A stretch of DNA of 64,000 bases from an uncultured cyanobacterium (GTDB taxonomy: Bacteria; Cyanobacteriota; Cyanobacteriia; Cyanobacteriales; Nostocaceae), in contig CAVUDP010000002.1 in NCBI GenBank assembly GCA_963740315.1, positions 448,001 through 512,000 on the forward strand. Reading direction: 5' to 3'. The translations under genes were made by a program, and so were the position numbers. This document shows, one piece after another, positions 32,282-41,834 of this stretch. The notes below the pieces were generated by a model that saw only the letters and a program-made list of their open reading frames with translations, was not told the origin of the DNA and did no database searches. The first letter of the stretch is position 1. Each line of letters begins with the position of its first letter.

Positions 32282-33004
32282 CTAAATTGTATCTGGATCG
32301 ATGTTTAATTCTCGCAATTTAGCGGCTAATCTTTCGGCTTTTTGTTGAGCAATTTCTTTTTGTTGACGTTCATATTCTTTCTGTTGACGTTCGGAATCTG
32401 CTTGTTCTTCGGGTGTAGGAACTAACTCACCATTTGCGGTAAAAAATCTTAATAATCCTTGATGAATACCAAGATATAACTCTAACTGCTGACTCCATAA
32501 ATGTCCTCGATCGCTAGGTTCTATTGGTTGATATTCACCATCTACTAAATGAAATCCAGCAAACTCTAAAGTATAAGGATCGAACCAAAAATAATCGAGT
32601 GTGCGAAAGGTGTTTTGATAAAGTTTCTTCTTTAGTTCTCTATCAACTTTAGCAGTTGAATCGGAGAGAATTTCTAAGATCAAATTGGGATATTTACCAT
32701 CTTCATCCCACACAACCCAACTTTTACGGGTTTTGCGATCGGTGTCTAATACGACAAAGAAATCGGGACCGCGGAAATCTTCATTTCTACGCTGATTTTG
32801 ACTGTAATAAATTGTTAAATTAGCAGCAGCATAAAAATCATTTTTATCTCGCCATAGCCATTCGAGACAATTTAAAAGTAAAATAATTTGCCGTAAATGC
32901 AGTTCGCTTTCCAAGGGAGGTTCATCGCTGTATAGATCGCTTGGAAGAACAATAACATTTTGCTTTACATCTTGGGTAGTCTCTAATTCTTTAGCTAGGG
33001 ACAT
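32282..33004 (-). CDS. Uma2 family (DUF820) endonuclease-fold protein with coiled-coil tail
   Basis: SDEPPLES, GPDFFVV, LILEILS, ERLAAKLRELNIDP. Confidence 0.9.
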   Translation of the reverse strand: MSLAKELETTQDVKQNVIVLPSDLYSDEPPLESELHLRQIILLLNCLEWLWRDKNDFYAAANLTIYYSQNQRRNEDFRGPDFFVVLDTDRKTRKSWVVWDEDGKYPNLILEILSDSTAKVDRELKKKLYQNTFRTLDYFWFDPYTLEFAGFHLVDGEYQPIEPSDRGHLWSQQLELYLGIHQGLLRFFTANGELVPTPEEQADSERQQKEYERQQKEIAQQKAERLAAKLRELNIDPDTI

Positions 33005-33146
33005 GGTTGGGAGTAGGGTTTTGCGAGCTTATAGTTTTATTTTACAGTTAACATTTAGCGATCGCATTCAACGTGAAACTATAATCTCGCTGTAGTCAAA
33101 AAGAAAACCCAATTACAATTAAGCTAGCCGTCAGCTAATTAATGTC

Positions 33147-33722
33147 ATGGTACTTCAATTCAAACAACTAACCCTCGAAGAGTTCTTAAATCTTCCTCCC
33201 GGTGAAGGAGATATTACCTACGAACTCGTTGACGGACAAGCAATTCCTAAAATGTCACCAAAAAAATTTCATTCAACACTTACCCGTTCCTTTCTTTTTT
33301 TAATCTATGGATGGTGTGAAGAGAAAGGAGAAGTATGTCCGGAATGGTCAATTAGATTAACTCGTAATGAGCGTAATTGGGTACCGACACCGGACTTACT
33401 ATACATTTCTTATGAACGTTTACCAGAAAGTTGGAACGAGAATGAAGCTTGTCCGATTCCACCAGATTTAGCAATTGAAATTATCTCACCCGGACAAACT
33501 TTTGGTGAAATGGCTCTTAAAGCGCAAGATTATTTGATTGCTGGTGTATTGCGGGTTTGGGTAGTAGATAGTAAAGCCAGAAGTATCACGGTTTTTTATC
33601 CAGATGCAGCACCGAAAACTTATATGGGTGAACAGGTAATTACCGATTCTTTGTTTGAAGGTTTGCAATTCACCGTTGAAGCAGTGTTTCGACTCGCGAA
33701 AATTCCAGCAAAAAATGATTAA
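33147..33722 (+). CDS. Uma2 family protein
   Basis: TLEEFL, YELVDG, PDL, PDLAIEIISP, VWVVD. Confidence 0.9.
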   Translation: MVLQFKQLTLEEFLNLPPGEGDITYELVDGQAIPKMSPKKFHSTLTRSFLFLIYGWCEEKGEVCPEWSIRLTRNERNWVPTPDLLYISYERLPESWNENEACPIPPDLAIEIISPGQTFGEMALKAQDYLIAGVLRVWVVDSKARSITVFYPDAAPKTYMGEQVITDSLFEGLQFTVEAVFRLAKIPAKND

Positions 33723-33780
33723 CAAAAACCGCTATATTTGTACCTCTACGTTACATATCTCAACAAGTCTGTTCCAAGCT

Positions 33781-34529
33781 GTCATTGCGAGCCAAGCGAA
33801 GCAATCACCGAAGGTGCGGTTCATCGCAAAGTGCTGGGATTGCTTCGTTCCACTCCCTTCCACTCGCAATGACAATGTATAACTATAAGACTTACGCAAA
33901 AGTAACGTAATTCCGTCAGAGCCAAGCGAAGCAATCACCGAAGGTGCGGTTCATCACAAAGTGCTGGGATTGCTTCGTTCCACTTTGTTCGACTCGCAAT
34001 GACAATGTATAACTAATAAGACTTACGCAAAAGTAACGTAATTCCGTCAGAGCAAAGCGAAGCAATCACCGAAGGTGCGGTTCATCACAAAGTGCTGGGA
34101 TTGCTTCGTTCCACTCCGTTCCACTCGCAATGACAATGTATAACTAATAAGACTTACGCAAAAGTAACGTAATTCCGTCAGAGCCAAGCGAAGCAATCAC
34201 CGAAGGTGCGGTTCATCACAAAGTGCTGGGATTGCTTCGTTCCACTTTGTTCGACTCGCAATGACAATGTATAACTAATAAGACTTACGCAAAAGTAACG
34301 TAATTCCGTCAGAGCAAAGCGAAGCAATCACCGAAGGTGCGGTTCATCGCAAAGTGCTGGGATTGCTTCGTTCCACTCCGTTCCACTCGCAATGACAATG
34401 TATAACTATAAGACTTACGCAAAAGTAACGTAATTCCGTCAGAGCCAAGCGAAGCAATCACCGAAGGTGCGGTTCATCGCAAAGTGCTGGGATTGCTTCG
34501 TTCCACTCCGTTCCACTCGCAATGACAAT
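33781..34529. repeat. Tandem array of six 130/131-bp REP/MITE-derived units
   Basis: GAGCMAAGCGAAGCAATC starts at 33789, 33919, 34050, 34181, 34312 and 34442. Confidence 0.95.
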
Positions 34530-34530
34530 T

Positions 34531-34637
34531 TACAGCAGTTTGCAGATCAATGAGGTACAGCCTCTTGTTATAAAACTCTTGTGGGATGGGCATCCCTGCC
34601 CGTCCGAATGTACCTCACTAACTTGAAATATGCTGTA
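34531..34637. mobile_element. MITE-like element (TACAGCA...TGCTGTA ends, internal GTGG-REP hairpin), left island flank
   Basis: Inverted ends, core TCTTGTGGGATGGGCATCCCTGCCCG. Homologous to 45302-45406. Confidence 0.75.
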
Positions 34638-34640
34638 TAA

Positions 34641-37600
34641 CTAATTAACCGGAGATGATATTACAACTTCAGACGAATTAGGAATCAAAGCGCGATAAGC
34701 TGATAATGCTGCTTGTTTGGTTTCCTCCGCTACGATGGGGAAAGTTGAGAGAATATATCCGAATTCTCCTTCTGTTAATCCGTAAAGATGAGCGATAATT
34801 CCATCAAGTTCGGCTCGGAGTTGAGCGCGATCGCATTCATCGGTAACGCCGTTTTTGTGGGAATTTAATCCAACATCCCGCGCTAATTCGTCAAATTCGG
34901 GTGTGGTGCAGATGAGTTTAGCAGCCCGTTGTACAATTTCGGTGAAATGGCGATCGGTTTTGGTTAAGCGGGGGATGGGTGTTCCATATATAAAAAAGAA
35001 TGAAAGATGATTGGTAATTCTTTGTCTTAAATATGAATCTACAATAAAAGAATTCATGAATGCACAAATAAAAAATCTTTCCGCATTACTTAATATTTTA
35101 TTATTTGGGTTTATGTGTCCATGTTCAACACAAGTATCATAGACTTGCTCAAGCGTTACTGTGTGTGGACAAAAAACATTTGGTGGTAATATCGTCATTA
35201 TCATTGAACGTTCATTCGTACTTGCTGCAACATCTCGGAATGCAAGCCTATAAGATTTATAGTCAAGCGACAAATGTACGGTATCTGGTATTTTTATACC
35301 AAGCTTTTTAGCAATTTTATCTACAGATTTTTTTCGTTTAGATAATAACTCTTTAGCGGCTTCTTTTTCATTTACCCAGTACTTAGGTTTATTCCATTTA
35401 TAAGTAAACTGGTGAAACATCTTACCTTCATATAAAGGGAACATCCCTATTTTTTTTTCTTTATAATAAAGATGACTATCATTTGTCATATCAAATTCAC
35501 GGGTTAACCGCAAATTCCATTTACTATCAATCTTTTCCCCTAACAAAGGAAACTTCAGCATCTTTTGTGCAATACGAATATCAATCTCGTTTTTAAACTC
35601 CATCACTGATAAAGAATCAGGTGAAAGCTTCCGCACCAAATCAACATCAATCCGCAAACTTTCTTGACTAGGAAACCTTTGCAACTCATTTACATCAAGC
35701 CGCATAAAAGCCGATGGAAATTCTGTAGTTGTGCCGTTTTTCTCAAATGTGAGGACAACTATTTTAAAACTACGATGAACACCTTCAAAAACTTCTTTAC
35801 GATTTTCCAGACAAAATAAACCAGTTACCTTTGTTTGACTAAACAACATTTCTCGCAGTTGCTTAGTTCCCAAGTCTGTGTAAATACCGCTAGGAATTAC
35901 AATTCCGCATTCACCCTTATCTTTTAGCAGATGAAAACATCTTTCTAAAAACAACTTGTAGAGATTAATATCCGTACCTGCTTTTTTACCGTTAACAATA
36001 GAAATCTGATTTTTATAATCTTCCGATGAACGATAATAAGCACTGACATAAGGATATTGACTTTGATATTTTAACCAAGCTTCTGCAATTTCAGGATTTG
36101 CTAACAGTTTTTGCTGTTGTTTTTCAAAAGTCTTGATATCCATCTTATTTTTCGTCACCAAGTCGCTATACTCAGCGAAAAATTCTTTTGCTTGCGGTTT
36201 AAATATCTCCCAGGGGGGATTCGTAATTATTGCGTCTACGCCATTTTTAAGGATTTTATCAAAATGATAACCCCAATGAAACGGCTTTAAAACTTCAATA
36301 TCCTTTGCAGTCAAACCACGCTTTTTAGCTTTCCCGGTTAACTGCTTCTCTTCATATTTAATTTTAAGATTATTAAATTCATCCAACAATAAATCATTTA
36401 ATTTTATTTGCGACTCATGATTAAGCTTCTCAATATCTTTCTTCAAGAATCGACAACCGCGAATCTTGAGAGGTTCCTTGTTCTTCCCCCGATTGAAAAG
36501 CGTGTCTTTTATAAAGTTCAATCGATTGATTTTTCTCGTCTAATATCTTTTTATAATTAGCTGCTTTTAAAGGCTGTAATAAATTCCCTTGCTTAGATTT
36601 TCCCACATTATCAAAAGCTGTTTCATCAACTTTAATCAACCCAATCAGCGAATTACCCGCCATAATATTAAAATCAATATTGGGTAAAGGTTCCAACTCA
36701 TCGACATTATCAACAGAAGCAACCAAAGCTAAAAACAACCGCAACTTTGCAATTTCCGTCGCTTCCTCCATGATGTCTACACCATAAAGGTTATCGGTAA
36801 CGATGCGCTTTTTAATAAAATACGATAAGGATTTATGCTTGGTTTCTATCTCTTTCAACCATTTCTTTGTTCTCGCATCACCCTGCAATTTAATCGTGCC
36901 AATTACAGCACTATAAACAGAAATTAAAGTCTTTAAAGCCGCAACCAGGAAAGCGCCCGAACCGCAAGCTGGGTCAAGAATTGAGAGGTTCGGAATAATC
37001 TCTTCCACCAGCAAACGACAGACTTTTCCATCCAGCTTAATTAGTAGATCGTTGATGTCTTCAAATGCTTGATAATTATCAAGAGTTGCGTTAAGCCCCC
37101 CTTGTTTAAGGGGGGTTGGGGGGATCTGAGTATCTACACTACATTTTCCGTTGTCGCTGCTTAAATCCCTCATGTGAGATAGCGCCGCATTGACTCTATC
37201 TACAATCAGTTTATGGATAGTGCGATCGCAAAGATATTCGGTGATCTGAGGGCGTGTATAGTAGGCTCCGAAAGCTTTTTGGTTAATATATTTCTCAAAT
37301 ATGTACCCTAAAACGTCCGGGTTAATCTCATCGTCTTTCCCTTCTGGAGTATCATCCAAGTTCCAAGAATAACGCGCAAATAAATCCAAAACTTTTTTAA
37401 AAGCCTCGTCAGCGATGGAAATATCATAGTTTTGCTCGATGCGGTGTTTGAGGAATAATCCCCCGTTGAGATATTTAATCTTTCCGACAAGAGACTCTAC
37501 AGATTTATCGCGATCGATCTCAGGTTTGGCAAAACTTTCAAAAAACAAAGCCTGGAGAAATTCTCTGTAAAAAAGATTCTCCCCTCGTTGCTGACTATTT

Positions 37601-38328
37601 TCTAATTTATTATGCAGGTAGTTAGTATCTCTATTATCGATAAAACCCTTACGCTGAAGGAAATACACGAACATCAAACGGTTCAAAATTACCGAGGTGT
37701 ACCAACGCTTATCCGTTTGATTGTCAATCCCTTTAACGTACCCCAAAAATTCCTGATGTTGCTCTTGGAATTCCTTGTAAAACTTCTTGGTAACTTTTTC
37801 GACATCAAAAGCAGCCTGTAATCGATGCGCTATTTCGACAACCGATATATCATTTTCTAACTCGGTAATGTCGATTACCAAAGAACCCAACTTGCTTAAA
37901 AACAAGTCTCCCGGTTGTCCTTTTACATACAAATGATCGCGAATTTGAGAGACATTACATTCACGCTTCACCCAATACCAAAGACTGCGAGTGCGTTTTT
38001 TATCGATAAAAATCAGTAAATTCTCTGCAAATAAACCGCTAACTTCTTTGTGAATTGCAGCACGAATTTTTGCGTCGGGAATCTCCCCAGACTCGGTAGT
38101 TACTTCAAATACAGCAACCCCAGAAGATTCTGCAATAGATTTTATGTCGAAAGACGTTATGTGGGAAGACGTTATGTGGGAAGACGTTATGTATAACGTC
38201 TCTACATTTTTAATTTTCAACGAAAACGGCTTTTGTGTCGGATTATCCCAACCCAATTGTTCTATAAATAAATCTTGGAATTGAAATTCGTAGAGTAAAT
38301 CCCGCGTGCGTTGAAAATTGAGTGTCAT
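34641..38328 (-). pseudogene. Large Eco57I-like N6-adenine DNA methyltransferase, frameshifted near 36453
   Basis: The upstream ORF has YLNGGLF, GAYYT, LDPACGSGAFL and LYGVDI. The downstream ORF has the catalytic TNPPW, INLYKLFLER and a TRD-like C-terminus. Removing one base joins them into ~1228 aa. Confidence 0.85.
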
Positions 38329-38812
38329 GATATACTACCCTGTGAGAGAATAATAGAATTTTGTATAGGAACGAGCATCAAAAATTTGCCCATAGATCGA
38401 AATCTTGGAGCCATAACCCTTGATAAGGGCTTTAATAATAGATATGCAATAATACTGTTTCTGTGATAACTCTTACGACGGCAGAAACGGTACAGTGCGA
38501 TTACTTACGCTTAAATACGTTTGTATAAAAGCATATACTGATAGTGTTAGAAAACTTCCGGATAAAATTTGGCTGTATAAAAAAGCTTTGTTAATTTAAT
38601 GCCAGCAGAAAAGACAGATAAAGCCTCAAATGCTTGTCTGGCATGGTTTTAGCTAACTATGGGTAATTACTTAGATAAATCGCGCTATGTTAAAGAAAGC
38701 TTCAGTGTTATTTGAACCAAAAATATAATTATTACAATTTATTGAATTTATTTTAAGTATTTTTGCTAATAGAGTGCGATCGCTTTTCTTTTTTCGATGA
38801 AAGAATATAATC

Positions 38813-39232
38813 TTATTTTCGCCTTGGACGTAACTCAAAAGCTAAATCGAAGCGATAAAAACAGGCATCAAACTCAGCAAAAAAGTTCGTATGTCCGAGT
38901 ATTAAAGGAGCATCTCTAGATTCAGTCCAAGCAAATGCAAGCAAGACGGGTGCAAAATCATTAACAATAGCAGATACTACCAAACCGCGTGCCTCTAAGC
39001 CAGCCAGGTTTCCACTCAATTGGATAATGGTTGTTTGTTCTTCCCAAACAGCACCTAATTGCAAGCCTATATCTAATGGTAGTACATTTACACTTGCACC
39101 TGTATCTAGCAAGCCCATAACTTCCAAAGAACGATTCTGGTAGTTCAGCGTCAGTGGAACGTATGGCATATTAATAGCAACACCCTGGCTGTTTCTTTTT
39201 TCGATGAAAGAATATCGCTTACCCTCAAGCAT
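38813..39232 (-). CDS. Retropepsin-like aspartyl protease family protein
   Basis: LLDTGAS active-site motif and C-terminal PLILG. Confidence 0.8.
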   Translation of the reverse strand: MLEGKRYSFIEKRNSQGVAINMPYVPLTLNYQNRSLEVMGLLDTGASVNVLPLDIGLQLGAVWEEQTTIIQLSGNLAGLEARGLVVSAIVNDFAPVLLAFAWTESRDAPLILGHTNFFAEFDACFYRFDLAFELRPRRK

Positions 39233-39455
39233 TATCTTTTTGTTGTGCTGCTGCTAAAAGTTCGGATAAGGTTTGAGCAGCTTCATGTGCATCATAAGGG
39301 GACCAAACAACTGCTTGTGTAGATGCTAACTGCTCCAAAAGCAACTTTTCTGATTCTTGTTCTAATTCAGCTAATAAACGAGATGCTATCTCGTCTTGCT
39401 TTTCTTGTGGGAGTTTTTCAATTTCTGCAATTGCTTTGCGAAGTAGGTCAGTCAT
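39225..39455 (-). CDS. Small acidic helical protein, antitoxin-like
   Basis: MTDLLRKAIAEIEKLPQEKQDEIA...VWSPYDAHEAA. Overlaps the protease start by 8 bp. Confidence 0.7.
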   Translation of the reverse strand: MTDLLRKAIAEIEKLPQEKQDEIASRLLAELEQESEKLLLEQLASTQAVVWSPYDAHEAAQTLSELLAAAQQKDNA

Positions 39456-39531
39456 CTGAAAAGATAATGTGTGTTACAGGTCTTATTGTAATGTTTTCTG
39501 GTACTTAATATTCTGGTCTTATAAAGTATTC

Positions 39532-40098
39532 TTAACTAAAACTCAAGCAATTAAACACATCTTCTACAGATAAATTCCAATCTTTCAATACATCTAATAC
39601 TGGTAAGATATCTTTTCCTTGTTTTATTTCCGGTAATTGATTCGGTTGAAAAATCATGATAGATTCATCATCAGGATCGAGAAACCAACCTAATTTAGTA
39701 CCATTTTGAATCGCAAAGGTGATGTTACGAATAACTCGGTTTGGAGATTGTTTTGGTGAAAGAATTTCAATAATCCAATCTGGCGGAATTTCAAATTGGT
39801 TAAGAATTTTACCTGCTGCATCAAGAGGAATTCTTTGCCATTCAAATACGGCAATATCTGGAACTATTGATTTTCCCGCAAATGTACAGCGTAACTCAGT
39901 AAATGCATAAGCTAACTTTTGTGGTTTAGCTACCTCGTTAATACTAGTAACTAAAAAACTTTGTAAAGTGCTGTGTTCTCCCTGTGGCATTGCTTTTTGG
40001 TAGATTTTACCATCAATATAAACGCTTGCTGGCTTAGTTTCTGGTAGTTTTAAAAATTCTTCTAAACTAAGTGAAGATAACTGAGGTGATAATGTCAT
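39532..40098 (-). CDS. Uma2 family protein
   Basis: SLEEFLKLPETKPA, ELRCTF, VPDIAV, PDWIIEILSP. Confidence 0.9.
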   Translation of the reverse strand: MTLSPQLSSLSLEEFLKLPETKPASVYIDGKIYQKAMPQGEHSTLQSFLVTSINEVAKPQKLAYAFTELRCTFAGKSIVPDIAVFEWQRIPLDAAGKILNQFEIPPDWIIEILSPKQSPNRVIRNITFAIQNGTKLGWFLDPDDESIMIFQPNQLPEIKQGKDILPVLDVLKDWNLSVEDVFNCLSFS

Positions 40099-40137
40099 TT
40101 ATTTATTACTTTATCCCGATATTAATTTTATTATAAA

Positions 40138-40231
40138 TAGGACTTACGCAACCGCAACGAGTTATTAAGTATCCTAGAGTTTTAGATCCCCCCAACCCCC
40201 CGTATTCTTGGGGGGCTTTGCGTAAGTCCTA
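40138..40231. mobile_element. MITE-like element with 13-bp inverted ends TAGGACTTACGCA
   Basis: TAGGACTTACGCA ... TGCGTAAGTCCTA, carrying AGATCCCCCCAACCCCCC...GGGGGGCTT. Confidence 0.82.
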
Positions 40232-40317
40232 ATAAATAAAAAAGAAATGTAAGAGGAAATTTTACAAACAAAGATAATTAAATATTTGGTTGCTGATAGT
40301 GTATTGAGCTAAACCTT

Positions 40318-41334
40318 TCAAAACCCCTCCAACAACTTCGCTACCTGTTCCGGTGCTGGAAGCTGATTTTTTAGTTCTTGAGGTACTGTAGAAACAATTT
40401 GATAAGTTGCTACACCAATAGGTTTATTCGATTCTTTCAAAGCATATTCAACTATGGTTTTATTCTTAGATTTACACAAAATAATTCCAATTGACGAATT
40501 TTCCTCTGGTAATCTTACTTTGTCATCTAGAGCAGCTAAGTAAAACTGCATTTTACCAACATATTCAGGTAAAAACTTACCAATTTTTAAATCTATTGCT
40601 ATTAAGCATTTTAAAAGTCGATGATATAACAAAATATCGATAAAATATTCTTCATCAGCAATTTCTAAGCGATATTGACTACCAACAAAAGCAAACATTC
40701 CACCCATCTCTTGTAAAAATGGTTCGACTTTTGCTAAAATCGCTTGTTCTAACTGCCTTTCGCTATGTTCATCAGCCAATTCCAAAAAATCAAAAGTATA
40801 TTCATCTTTAATAGCAAGTTTGGCTTGGTTTTGAATATCTTCTGAAACTGTTTGCTCAAAGTTGGTTTGATTTAGTAAAGTTTTTTCATAACTTTGGTTT
40901 TCAATTTGATGAATCAAAACATTTTTTGTCCAACCAAATTTTCGAGTTGCACGGATATAAAATTCTCGTTCTAAGCTATCCTTACACTTCTCTATAATTA
41001 CTAAATTATGAGTCCAACCAATTTCTCGCACCATTGGTGCGAGTTTCTCATTACCTTGATAAGTCTCATAAAAAAGCTTCATCCGCCAAAGGTTAGCATT
41101 AGAAAAACCTTGTATCCCAGGGAACTCAGCTTGTAAATCGCGAGAAAGATTTTTCACCACTGATTTTCCCCAAGTTTCACCCTGCTGACGGGTAAAAATT
41201 AATTTTCCAATATCCCAATACAACGCAATTAATTCTTTATTAACTACTTTCAACGCTTCATACTGCGCTGTACGAATACGCTGCTTGATTTCAATCAATA
41301 ATTTTCCGTAAGGGTTTGCACCTAATTCACTCAT
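40318..41334 (-). CDS. YhcG/DUF1016 family PD-(D/E)XK nuclease-domain protein
   Basis: LYWDIG, WGKSVV, GFS..NLWRM, KDEYTFDFL, FAFVGSQY, IDILLYHR, GKMQFYL, IGIILC. Confidence 0.92.
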   Translation of the reverse strand: MSELGANPYGKLLIEIKQRIRTAQYEALKVVNKELIALYWDIGKLIFTRQQGETWGKSVVKNLSRDLQAEFPGIQGFSNANLWRMKLFYETYQGNEKLAPMVREIGWTHNLVIIEKCKDSLEREFYIRATRKFGWTKNVLIHQIENQSYEKTLLNQTNFEQTVSEDIQNQAKLAIKDEYTFDFLELADEHSERQLEQAILAKVEPFLQEMGGMFAFVGSQYRLEIADEEYFIDILLYHRLLKCLIAIDLKIGKFLPEYVGKMQFYLAALDDKVRLPEENSSIGIILCKSKNKTIVEYALKESNKPIGVATYQIVSTVPQELKNQLPAPEQVAKLLEGF

Positions 41335-41339
41335 AATTT

Positions 41340-41834
41340 TTACCGATTCGCTATTTTCCGCTGCATTATTTCTCTTGCAACTTCGTAATCTTGATTAATC
41401 AAATGACAAAAATGATAGTAACTAGCTAAATAAAAATCGCAGCCAAATTTTTGATAGCAATCGGCAACAGCAAGAAAACCATACCTCGCACCCCATTCAT
41501 CTGTAAACCAATCCTCGAAAAAAGAATCATGCAAATATAGCGTTATTGTTTGGTTATCAATACTCGGAATCAAGCGAACTAACTCAATATTAGGATGATG
41601 AGAACGGCTGACGGGTAATAGTATTTCAAACCCATTAAAATTAATGAACTCAGCTAAATCATCTTCAGTTCTCTGATAATATGAAGGCGGTTCTTCTGGT
41701 AAAGAAATAAACATTTCCCAATTCATCCAAAATTCATGTTTGGCATCAAAGCCAGGATCGATATCCAAACGCCATTTATCTTCTTGGCAAAGGTCATTAA
41801 TCGCTTCTTTTGGTAATTCTGCTAATTTCATCAT
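41340..41834 (-). CDS. Hypothetical protein (164 aa), translationally coupled to the helicase
   Basis: ATGA overlap with the helicase stop and a 5-bp gap to the DUF1016 gene. Confidence 0.75.
   Translation of the reverse strand: MMKLAELPKEAINDLCQEDKWRLDIDPGFDAKHEFWMNWEMFISLPEEPPSYYQRTEDDLAEFINFNGFEILLPVSRSHHPNIELVRLIPSIDNQTITLYLHDSFFEDWFTDEWGARYGFLAVADCYQKFGCDFYLASYYHFCHLINQDYEVAREIMQRKIANR

Noticed and set aside
33655..33938. Short ORFs over the start of the tandem array
   Set aside because: They overlap the Uma2 3' end and the repeat units, with no protein-like features.
33781..34529. CRISPR array
   Set aside because: Units are near-identical along their whole 130/131 bp with no unique spacers, and there are no cas genes in the window.
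36430..36521. Programmed ribosomal frameshift or phase-variable tract in the MTase
   Set aside because: No slippery heptamer or simple-sequence tract at the inferred junction.
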